Shown: positions 18,175-26,250 of the stretch, piece after piece
Numbering within the stretch: the first letter of the stretch is position 1
Layout: each line of letters starts with the position of its first letter
DNA from: Vicinamibacterales bacterium
GTDB taxonomy: Bacteria; Acidobacteriota; Vicinamibacteria; Vicinamibacterales; UBA8438
Length of the DNA stretch: 64,000 bases
Direction: 5' to 3'
Assembly: GCA_965199675.1 (NCBI GenBank)
Contig: CBDATI010000028.1
Span: 19,205-83,204 of the forward strand
Position numbers and translations under genes: made by a program
The notes under the pieces: model-generated
What the model was told of the DNA's origin: nothing
What the model saw: the letters and a program-made list of their open reading frames with translations, nothing else
Database searches by the model: none

Positions 18175-18547
18175 CACGTCCATCCTGATGCGGCTGGTCA
18201 CCGGTGACCCGGAAGCCGACTTCGAGCGGTGTGTCGGCGCGTTGTGCGCCCTGGTCGAAGACGGGGTCGAGATCGCCGCTTCGAACCAGGTCATCGGCGA
18301 AGCGTACGTCGCCATGCAGCACCACTACGGGATCTCCAAGGCGGACGCCAGGGCCGGGCTGCGCGATGTGCTGCGGAGCGGGCTGGTCGAGGCCCTGAAC
18401 GGCCGCGCCGTGCTCGCCATCCTCGACGCGGCGGGAGGCGCGGGTCTGCTCGACCGCCTGATCGCCGACGACTACGCCCGCGCCGATCTGGCGGTGCTGA
18501 CCCTGGACCGGAAGATGGCCTCCCTGCCCAATGTTCGGCGCCTGTGA
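18152..18547 (+). CDS. vapC: PIN-domain toxin (VapC-like ribonuclease)
   Basis: Start moved to ATG 18152. MTQHFGIDTSILMRLVTGDP...SNQVIGEAYVAM...LLDRLIADDYA...VLTLDRKM has four acidic positions spaced as in VapC PIN domains. Confidence 0.8.
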   Translation: MTQHFGIDTSILMRLVTGDPEADFERCVGALCALVEDGVEIAASNQVIGEAYVAMQHHYGISKADARAGLRDVLRSGLVEALNGRAVLAILDAAGGAGLLDRLIADDYARADLAVLTLDRKMASLPNVRRL

Positions 18548-19357
18548 TGAACCCCATCGCGTACACCGAGCAGGTCGTCGGCGGCTTCCTGCGCTGCCAG
18601 CTCACCGCGTATCCATTCGCCGACCCCGGCCTCTACGCCCAGATGCGGCGGCTGCTGTCGTTCGACGAGACGCGGCAGACGCCGCTGCTGAAGGGGCCGT
18701 ACCTGACGCTGTCGCGACTGTTCCGCGAGGCGCGCCGGTGGCCGCGCTGGTGCGCGAGGGCGTGCTGCATCCGCACCTGGCGCGACTGGCGCAGCCTGCA
18801 GCGGGACGGCGGGCGCGGAGACGGCCTGTCTCATCAGCCGGCTGCGGAGCTTCTGCGGGCGCTCGCCCTCCGAGACGGTGTGCGTCGCCACGTCGGTCAA
18901 CGCGGCCGAGGCGCGTCTGCGGACGCTGCTCGCGCGGGCCGGGTTCCCGGAACCGGCGTGGCAGCGGGGCATCGATCTGGGCCGACCGCTGGGTACGACA
19001 CGCCCCGATTGCTACTTCGCGACCGATGACCCGCACGACCTCGGCGTGTGCATCTACCTCGACGGTCTCAGCCGGCACATCCACGGCAACGCGGCCACGT
19101 TCGCGCGCGATCGCCAGATCCGCGAGCAGCTCCGCGCCGCGGGTTACGCCGTCTTCGAGATCGCCGCGACCCAGTTGTCCGACCGCGGCGCGGTCACCGC
19201 GCACTTCTACCGCTGGGCGCAGGTCATCCTGGGGCGGGACCGCGCCCGGGCCCTGAGGGACGACGCGGGCTGGTTCGAGGAACGAACCGCGAACCCGCTG
19301 AAGGCAACTGTCCGTCGGGTGACCGGCACAGCACCAGTTTCGGACGAGGATGGCTGA
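18547..19357 (+). pseudogene. Remnant of a large SF2 (DEAD/DEAH-type, defence-island style) helicase: N-terminal ~115 codons with frameshifts fused by deletion to a C-terminal PD-(D/E)xK/DUF559-like endonuclease domain
   Basis: Frame a: MNPIAYTEQVVGGFLRCQLTAYPFADPGLYAQMRRLLSFDETRQTPLLKGPYLTLSRLFRE. A 1-nt loss in a G run near 18727 shifts to frame b: GAPVAALVREGVLHPHLARLAQP. Frame a resumes: GLSHQPAAELLRALALRDGV. Frame c follows: CVATSVNAAEARLRTLLARAGFPEPAWQRGIDLGRPLGTTRPDCYFATDDPHDLGVCIYLDGLSRHIHGNAATFARDRQIREQLRAAGYAVFEIAATQL. The entire helicase core is missing. ATG 18547 overlaps the vapC stop (TGATG). Confidence 0.55.
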
Positions 19358-19566
19358 GCCAGATTCATGGCAGACCCGGAAGCGCGGTGGGATCCAATGG
19401 TACGGTCCGCATCTCCATCGATTCGGCGGGCGGGTGATGCTTCCGCGGCGTGTGGCTTGGCATCGGACGAACAGCACCGTCAGGTGGAGCGGCGCCAACG
19501 TCGGCGGGCGGGGCGGCGCCGCTGGCACGGTCGATGCATGGGATGGATGGGACGGAGGAACGATCG

Positions 19567-19836
19567 ATGAGCACAGGCCATCCCAGGCCGGCGTCGGCTC
19601 GCCGGCACGCTCGGCTCGTACGCACCACCCTGCGGATTGACGACGACGTGTTGGAAGCAGCGCAGTGCATCGCTCACGAGGAGCAGGCGGGGGTGGGCGA
19701 GGTTCTGTCCATGCTCGCCCGCCGCGGCCTCGAACCTCGCCCGGACGAACCGGCGTGGGTCCGCTTGCCGCGGCCGCGGATGCTTCGGGCGACAGCGGGG
19801 TTACGGGGAGGACGACGCCGCTTCGGCGTGGCGTAG
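19567..19836 (+). CDS. Orphan RHH-type antitoxin (VapB / Rv0623-like)
   Basis: GGAGGA SD 7 nt upstream of ATG 19567. ...VRTTLRIDDDVLEAAQCIAHEEQAGVGEVLSMLARRGL matches the MRTTL.IDDdLl..A......s.gevv..laRrgL antitoxin signature. No PIN or other toxin ORF follows. Confidence 0.6.
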   Translation: MSTGHPRPASARRHARLVRTTLRIDDDVLEAAQCIAHEEQAGVGEVLSMLARRGLEPRPDEPAWVRLPRPRMLRATAGLRGGRRRFGVA

Positions 19837-20544
19837 CCGTCCCGTGCGCCGCGTCCCGCGAGTCCGGCGGCGCGTCAGTCGGCGCCCACAGCGCCCCCGG
19901 GTCATCCACGATGGCGATTCCGCGTCACGCCGACCGGCGCGGCCGGGTGTCTGGGCGGACCCCGCGTTCGAATCGAGCGGGGGACGTTCACCGCCGGCGG
20001 CCGGGGCGCCGCGGAACTCCCGTGCACCGGGCAACTCGGGTTGCACTTGCGGGCGGTGGGCGCTTCGTGAGGCGCGTTCACCGTCCGTCCTCGGCGCGCT
20101 GCTCCGTCGGGTCCATCCCGCGGCCTCATTGAAGGAAGGTGCGGGGCAACTGGGGTTTGCATCGGGGCGAGACCGGGGGGAGGGCGTCCGCGGGTCGTAG
20201 TCGTACCCCGGCGCAAGACATGTGCGGCGCTGCTCTCTCGGGCGCCCCGGCGTCCGGCCGCCCGCGGTGGGTGTGGCAATCCGGCGGAACCCGGGTTGCG
20301 CCGAGGCGGGAAGCGTCGGTCCACGGTGTCGCGCCCCGGTGTCCGGGCCGACTTCGGGGTCCCCACGCGGCGCGGCGTAGCTGCTGCCGTGGGCGGGACG
20401 GGAGCTCGCGGGCGTCTGCGAGAGAGAGTCGGAGGTCGTCCATGCGGCGCGGGCGTAGCCGCACGGGTGGTGGGGCGCAAGCCGGGCCGGCTTGCGGCGG
20501 TGTGCCGCGGCTGTTCTCGGCCACGTGGCTGCTATGCTCTCCCC

Positions 20545-21606
20545 ATGCGCGTGATTGCGTGGGTCGTGTTCGTCGTCCTCCAGGTGGTCTTCCTGCCGCT
20601 GGCGGTGGTGGGGACGCTCATGGTCACCTACCGGCAGCTCGTCGTCAGTCGTCGGCTGGGCAGCTCGGCGACGGCCATCGAGGTCATCAACGGCCGCTGG
20701 ACGATGGACTGGTTCGGCATGCGGCCGGACCCGGCGACGGTTCGGCTTCTCGGTGTCCTGCCCAACTCGTCGATCGTGGGGCTGCAACTGTTCCTGTTCC
20801 CCCTGTGGGTCAAGTACAAGCTGAGCGGCGACTATTTTGGGTACCCCCGCCTGCCGCCGCCGGACGGGGCCGAGGCCATCGCCGACCTCGTCGTCGCCCG
20901 GACGCTCTACTTCGACCGGATCCTCGGACGGGTCCTGCCCGAGGTCGACCAGTTCGTGCTGCTGGGGGCCGGACACGACACCCGGGCCTACGGCCCGATG
21001 ATGCCCGACGGCGTGGCCCGCTTCGAGGTGGACCATCCGAGGGTCCAGGCGCTGAAGCGGTCCAAGCTCCGTGAAGCGGGAATCGAGACGGCGGGCGTTG
21101 CCTTCGTCCCCGTGGACTTCAGCCGTGACGACGCGTTCGACGAGCTGGCCGCGGGCGGCTACCGCCCGGGGCGCAAGACGGTGTTCCTCTGGGAGGGGGT
21201 GACCCTCTACCTGAGCGAGGACGACGTGCGGCGGACGTTGCGGGGCGTTCGCGAGCGGTCGGCGCCGGGCAGCGTGCTGGTGGCCGACATCTACGCGGAG
21301 CGCTTCGTGCGGCTGGCCCGCGGGAAGGCGGTGAGGAAGACTCTCGACTACACGGACGAGGCGTTGGCCTTCGCACTCGACTTTGAGGCGGACTGGGAGC
21401 GGACCCTGCGGGACTTTCTCGACAACGAGGGCCTGACGCTGGGCGAGGTCCGCTTCATGGGCAGATCCCACGCCAGGGGACCGTTCGCGGTCGTGGCCGA
21501 GTGCATCGTGCCGGCGAACCGGGAGACCGGGGAAGAGGAAACCGGGCCCGACGCGACGTCGCCGCCGACGAAGGCGGCGGGAGCGGGAGGGGGACCGGCG
21601 CAGTAA
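20545..21606 (+). CDS. Class I SAM-dependent methyltransferase (LCMT / TIGR00027-like) with N-terminal membrane anchor
   Basis: Start moved to ATG 20545. Hydrophobic N-terminus (MRVIAWVVFVVLQVVFLPLAVVGTLMV...). ARTLYFDRIL...QFVLLGAGHDTRAY...FEVDHP...FLWEGVTLYL is the leucine carboxyl methyltransferase-family signature. Confidence 0.8.
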   Translation: MRVIAWVVFVVLQVVFLPLAVVGTLMVTYRQLVVSRRLGSSATAIEVINGRWTMDWFGMRPDPATVRLLGVLPNSSIVGLQLFLFPLWVKYKLSGDYFGYPRLPPPDGAEAIADLVVARTLYFDRILGRVLPEVDQFVLLGAGHDTRAYGPMMPDGVARFEVDHPRVQALKRSKLREAGIETAGVAFVPVDFSRDDAFDELAAGGYRPGRKTVFLWEGVTLYLSEDDVRRTLRGVRERSAPGSVLVADIYAERFVRLARGKAVRKTLDYTDEALAFALDFEADWERTLRDFLDNEGLTLGEVRFMGRSHARGPFAVVAECIVPANRETGEEETGPDATSPPTKAAGAGGGPAQ

Positions 21607-21775
21607 CGCGGGGCGTGCCGGAACAGGCCCCCGGCCGGCTCCGACCCTCGACCTGGGGGGCTGCGCTCGAGACCGGCGCGGACGCCTGGTGGGGACCGCG
21701 CCGAAGCCGACGATGGGCGAGGCAGGCAGCCGGGGGCCGCGCCGCCGCTCGTGGCGCCGACCCCCGGCCGGTTCC

Positions 21776-22219
21776 CTACTCGACGGTGACCGTGATGGTC
21801 GAGCACAGACCCTCGATGGTGCGGTGCTCGTCGTCGCCGAGCTGGACGGCGAAGGTGTGCTCGCCCGGGGGCATCAGGCTCTCGAACACGGATGAGCCGT
21901 CGCCGAAGTGCACCCAGGGGCTCGACTGGGGGATGATCTCGCCGGCCGGCAGGCACTCGGTGGCGATGCCGATGTGGAAGTGACCGACCCCCCAGCGGGG
22001 CGTCTCGACCTCTTCGGGGACCGGCAACAGCGAGAAGCCCTCGCTGCCGAACTCGAACTGGACCGGGCTCGACACGGTGGCGCCGTCGGCTGGCGACACG
22101 AAGAACACGCGCGGGCCCTCCTGCGCCTGGCCGGTCATCGACCACGCCGCCAGCACCGCCGCGCCGGCCAGCACCGCCGCCCCGAACACTCTCGTCTTCC
22201 GTTCCTGCATGTTAAACAC
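21776..22219 (-). CDS. Secreted DUF4399 domain protein
   Basis: GTG 22219 with AAGGAG 5 nt upstream. Signal peptide (VFGAAVLAGAAVLAAWSMTGQAQ). VFFVSPADGATVSSPVQFEF...GHFHIGI...HTFAVQLGDDEH are the typical DUF4399 motifs. Confidence 0.75.
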   Translation of the reverse strand: MFNMQERKTRVFGAAVLAGAAVLAAWSMTGQAQEGPRVFFVSPADGATVSSPVQFEFGSEGFSLLPVPEEVETPRWGVGHFHIGIATECLPAGEIIPQSSPWVHFGDGSSVFESLMPPGEHTFAVQLGDDEHRTIEGLCSTITVTVE

Positions 22220-22607
22220 ACCTGCTCCTTGGACTGGTGGAAGATGCCGCGCCGCCGGTCGGGGGGCCGCGCCTGCCGTCTCGCCGGCGGGAGAGCGGGG
22301 CCGACCCGCGGATTACCGGGTGCATCCTAGTGTTTACCGGGCGGGTTTCGCAACCCAATTCCATGGGTGCGTGACGCGCGCTCCGGTCTGCGCGCTCTGG
22401 CGCGAGGTCTCGCCGGCGGTCTCACGGCGAAGCCGGGCGCTCTCCGGGAACGGGCGGACTCCGACCCCGCGCGCTCAGGGCGGGAGACAGCGCCGCGCCG
22501 AGTGTGCGACACTCAGGAGAGGCCGCTGGCCGGGTGGCGTCTCGACGCCCCCGGCAGCCGCCGCCGTCTCGACGGACGGCCTCGACCTCGAAAGGAGCTT
22601 TCGTCGC

Positions 22608-23888
22608 ATGCCGCCGTCCCTCACGCGATTCTCTTCCACCGTGAAGCCCGAGGGGGCGTTCACGGTGCTCGCCGCCGCCCGGCGCGTCGCCGCGGCGGGG
22701 AAGGACGTCATCGAGCTCGAGATCGGTGACAGCCCGTTCCCGTCCCCGGAGGCCGCCGTCGACGCCGGGGTAGACGCGATCCGGGCCGGTCGCACGACCT
22801 ACGGTCCGTCCGCCGGGCTGCCCGAGCTTCGAACCGCCGCCGCCGCCTACGTCAACCGGGAGCACGGCCTGTCGGTGACCGCCGACCACGTCATCGCGGG
22901 CCCCGGCGCCAAGACGTTCGAGCAGTTGTTCTGCGACGCGTTCGTCGAGCGGGACGACGGCGTGCTCGTGTTCAGCCCGTACTTCCCGACCTATGAGGCG
23001 AACATCCGCCGGCGCGAGGCGCGGATGGTGCTCTCCGACCTGCGGGCGTCGCGGGCGTTCCGGCCCAACCTCGACGACGTGCGCCGGTTCCTCGAGGACG
23101 ACCCGCGCCCCAAGGCCATCTTCCTGAACAGCCCCCACAACCCCACCGGGGGGGTGGCGACCGAGGACGACCTCCGCGATCTGGCCGATCTGATCCGGGG
23201 CCGCAACGTGGCGGTGTTCGCCGACGAGCCCTACGACTGCATGGTGTGGGAGGGCCGGCACCGGTCGCTGCTGGCCCAGCCCGGCATGCTCGACCAGACC
23301 GTCGCCGCCTACACGTTCAGCAAGTCGTTCAGCATGAGCGGGTGGCGTCTCGGCTACGCGGTGTCGAGCCCGGACACGATCAAGGTCCTCGAACTGCTGA
23401 CGAACGTCGCCCTTTCGTGCGTGTCTCCGTTCACGCAGCTCGCCGGGGCGGCCGCCCTCGAGCGGGGCCGCGAGTACCGCGACGAGCGGATGCGCGACTT
23501 CCACCGCAAGGTCGAACTGCTGGTCGCGGGTCTGAACACGGTCGAGGGCGTGAGCTGTCTCATGCCCGGGGGCACCTTCTACGTCTTCCCGTCGGTGGCG
23601 GAGGTCTGCAACCGCGCCGGTATCACGTCGCACGGTCTGGCGATGTACCTGCTCGAAGGGGCCGACGACGCGGTCGGCGTCGCGTGTCTCGGCGGCGAGT
23701 GCTTCGGGGAGGCCGGTGGCGGCTTCCTGCGGCTGAGCTGTGCGCAGCCCGACGAGCGGCTCGTCGAGGCGGTGTCGTTCATCGCCGCGGCGGTGACCCG
23801 CCGCGACCGCATCGCCGCGTATCTCGACGCCCATCCCCGTCACGCGCTCGCCGCGCCCTACGCCATCGACGCGCCGGTGACGGGGTGA
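22608..23888 (+). CDS. Pyridoxal-phosphate-dependent aminotransferase, class I/II (aspartate aminotransferase-like)
   Basis: Start moved to ATG 22608 (AAAGGAG upstream). NSPHNPTGG, ADEPYD, and the PLP-lysine motif YTFSKSFSMSGWRLGY. Confidence 0.9.
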   Translation: MPPSLTRFSSTVKPEGAFTVLAAARRVAAAGKDVIELEIGDSPFPSPEAAVDAGVDAIRAGRTTYGPSAGLPELRTAAAAYVNREHGLSVTADHVIAGPGAKTFEQLFCDAFVERDDGVLVFSPYFPTYEANIRRREARMVLSDLRASRAFRPNLDDVRRFLEDDPRPKAIFLNSPHNPTGGVATEDDLRDLADLIRGRNVAVFADEPYDCMVWEGRHRSLLAQPGMLDQTVAAYTFSKSFSMSGWRLGYAVSSPDTIKVLELLTNVALSCVSPFTQLAGAAALERGREYRDERMRDFHRKVELLVAGLNTVEGVSCLMPGGTFYVFPSVAEVCNRAGITSHGLAMYLLEGADDAVGVACLGGECFGEAGGGFLRLSCAQPDERLVEAVSFIAAAVTRRDRIAAYLDAHPRHALAAPYAIDAPVTG

Positions 23889-23901
23889 GCGAACCTCGCT
23901 C

Positions 23902-24476
23902 GTGCATCCACATGAGGACGCCATGCGGGCCGTGCAGCGTCACGTCGGCTACACCGACCTCCTGAGCATGCCGGACGACGGGCGCCGGTACGAGATCCAT
24001 GCAGGGGAGCTCGTCGTGGTCCCGTCACCGTTGCCCGGTCATCAGATTGCGGTCGTGCAGATCGTCGCACGGTTGAACGATTACGGCCGCCGGTCGGGAG
24101 GGATTGCGCTCGTTGCGCCGCTCGACATCGTGTTCGACGAGCACGACGTCGTGCAGCCCGACGTCGTGTTCTTCCGGGCCGAACGGCGCCATCTCGTCCA
24201 GCCGCGCGCCGTGACGCGGGCGGCGCCGGACATCGCCGTCGAGGTCGTCTCCCCTCCACCGCGGCCGTCGACCGCGGCCGCAAGATGCGCCTGTTCGCGC
24301 GCCACGGCGTGCCCGAGTGCTGGATCGCGGATCCGATCCGCCTGCAGCTCGAAGTCCATGTCCTCGCGGACGGCGCCTACGAGCAGGTCCAGGCGGCGTT
24401 GCCCGGAGACACCGCGCGCTCGGTCCTGCTCCCTGACCTGACCATCCCGGTTGCAGATATCTTCACGTTGCCGTAG
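23902..24476 (+). pseudogene. Uma2 (DUF820) family endonuclease, disrupted by a 1-nt frameshift
   Basis: Frame 1: ...YEIHAGELVVVPSPLPGHQIAVVQIVARL...VVQPDVVFFRAER...APDIAVEVVSP. The family sequence continues only in another frame: STAAVDRGRKMRLFARHGVPECWIADPIRLQLEVHVLADGAYEQV...LLPDLTIPVADIF (track ORF 24285-24476). The break is in the run TCCCCTCCACC at 24250-24258. Confidence 0.7.
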
Positions 24477-24523
24477 CCGTTGTGGTCCGGCGACAAGCAC
24501 AACGATGTCTGGGGCCGGAGGGC

Positions 24524-24946
24524 TTACCGGGCGTGGTCCGCCACGCGCGCCAGGAACCGCACGAGGTCGGCCGGGCCGTCGGTGGCCGCCTGGCGGACGC
24601 GCTCCATGTCCGGCGATTCGTAAGCGTGGGCCACGACGTTGCGGAATCCGGCCGCGCGCACCAGGCGGTCGGCGAGCGCGGTGTCGACTATCCCCGCCTT
24701 CTCGAGACGTCGGAAGGCGTCCGCGTAGCTGGCGGGCGTGCCCAACCGCAAGGCGATACAGGCCCCCATCGCGACGTCGATCACGATCTGGGTGGCCTGC
24801 CAAAGATGGAGCACGACGGCGTCCGAGGCGTCCGTAGCGGGTTGAAGGGCGGCGGGGGAAGGCGGCAGGCGCTCCGCCACTCGCGCCAGATGGCGCTGGA
24901 CCGCCATCGTGCGCTCGGCGAGCACGGCCGCATCGAGGACGCTCAT
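24524..24946 (-). CDS. hepT: HepT-like (DUF86, HEPN) toxin of an MNT/HEPN pair
   Basis: Start at ATG 24946 overlapping the MNT stop (ATGA). MSVLDAAVLAERTMAVQRHLARV...LVRAAGFRNVVAHAYESPD contains the Rx4H HEPN motif (RNVVAH). Confidence 0.8.
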   Translation of the reverse strand: MSVLDAAVLAERTMAVQRHLARVAERLPPSPAALQPATDASDAVVLHLWQATQIVIDVAMGACIALRLGTPASYADAFRRLEKAGIVDTALADRLVRAAGFRNVVAHAYESPDMERVRQAATDGPADLVRFLARVADHAR

Positions 24947-25359
24947 CGCGGCAGGGACGCCAGGACCTCGTCGTATCCGCGCTCGAAGACGGGCGCGTTC
25001 TCGCACCAGAACCGCGCCGCCTCCAGCCGGTAGCGATCGAACAGGCCGACGGACGCCTCGTGCACCAGACACCCGTCGCACGCGGCCCGATACCGTAGCA
25101 GCCCGCCCGACCTGCGCAGATCCACGAGATCGATGCGATCGTCCCCGAGCGTTTCCACCAGTGCCGCCAGCAATGCCGGCACGTCGACGGTGTCGTCAGC
25201 GAGGTAGCCGAAGTCCCAGTCTGCGCCCGGCCGCGCGTCGCCGCGCGCCCGCGAGCCGAACAGGATCAGCAGCCCGAGGCCCCGGCATGCCCGCGCGACG
25301 GGGACGAGCGCGTCGGAGACCCTGTCGGGCGGCGTCGGCGGCATGCCTGGATGGTACAC
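24943..25359 (-). CDS. mntA: MntA-like minimal nucleotidyltransferase antitoxin
   Basis: LGLLILFGSRARGDARPGADWDFGYL carries the GSxxxG...DxD nucleotidyltransferase motif. It lies immediately upstream of and overlaps the HEPN gene. Confidence 0.8.
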   Translation of the reverse strand: MYHPGMPPTPPDRVSDALVPVARACRGLGLLILFGSRARGDARPGADWDFGYLADDTVDVPALLAALVETLGDDRIDLVDLRRSGGLLRYRAACDGCLVHEASVGLFDRYRLEAARFWCENAPVFERGYDEVLASLPR

Positions 25360-25392
25360 TGGCTCTGCGACGACTGCCCCGGCAGGCCCCCG

Positions 25393-26250
25393 CTACTGCC
25401 GCACCAGCTCCAGTTGCGCGGCCCGCATCCACCCCACCGCGCCGTCCTCGAGCACGATCTCCACCCAGTCGTCGGCGCGGCGGTCCACGACGACCTTCGT
25501 GCCGGCGTGGACGGCGAAGACATGCAGGGCGGGATCGTCCGAGGGCGCGCTCTGTACCTGCGCCTCGGCGGCCATGACGACGGCCTCGTCGGGAGCGCCG
25601 AGTTCGAGCTCGCGGACGACGAGGTTGACGCCGAAGACGAGGGTCAGGGCCGCGGCGGCGAGCGCGATGCGACGCGTCCCGGCCGCGAAGCGCGGGGCGG
25701 GTCGGAGCACGACGATGGCGGCGCCGGCGACCGTCGTCAGCCAGGCCAGTGCGACCAGCCAGATCAGCCCCGCCCGTGGCAGCAGCCCGACCCACCAGTC
25801 GACGATGCGGAAGAGCCAGAACTGCGGTCGAGGAGTGATGTCGTCGGCGGTCATCGACCGGGCGAGGGCGAGGTTGGCGAGGAGGTCGTCGTCGCCGGGC
25901 ATGAGGCGTCGCGCGCGTTCGTAGTTGAGGATGGCGGGGGCGAGTTCGCCGAGCCGGAAGTGAGCGTTGCCGATGTTGTAGTAGAGCTCGCCGCTCTCGA
26001 GCCCCTCGTCGAGAATGCGCCGGTAGCGATCGAGGGCGCCCTCGAAGTCGCCGGCCTGGTAGAGCCGGTTGCCCTCGTCGAAGAACGCGCTCTGGGTCTG
26101 TGCCGGCGCCGCTGCGAGCACGAGCAGCCACAGGGCGCCGAGGATCGCCGCCGTGGAAGACACCGGGCGTCTCTCGCGGCCGGGCCGGCGGGCCGGGCGC
26201 GCGAGCGCGCAGGCCGCCGTCGTGAAGGAGGTCGCGTGCTTCTCGGTCAT
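25393..26250 (-). CDS. batE: BatE-like protein (TPR repeats + TM segments + C-terminal SH3-like domain)
   Basis: MTEKHATS...signal/TM, TPR (FFDEGNRLYQAGDFEGALDRYRRIL...LYYNIGNAHFRLGELAPAILNYERARRL), TM helices, then a C-terminal SH3-like tail (VVDRRADDWVEIVLEDGAVGWMRAAQLELV). ATG 26250 overlaps the batD stop (ATGA). Confidence 0.8.
   Translation of the reverse strand: MTEKHATSFTTAACALARPARRPGRERRPVSSTAAILGALWLLVLAAAPAQTQSAFFDEGNRLYQAGDFEGALDRYRRILDEGLESGELYYNIGNAHFRLGELAPAILNYERARRLMPGDDDLLANLALARSMTADDITPRPQFWLFRIVDWWVGLLPRAGLIWLVALAWLTTVAGAAIVVLRPAPRFAAGTRRIALAAAALTLVFGVNLVVRELELGAPDEAVVMAAEAQVQSAPSDDPALHVFAVHAGTKVVVDRRADDWVEIVLEDGAVGWMRAAQLELVRQ

Noticed and set aside
19801-21471. 556-aa minus-strand ORF
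   Set aside because: It is antisense to the LCMT-like methyltransferase gene and runs through ORF-free sequence. The composition is low-complexity and no domain motifs are present.
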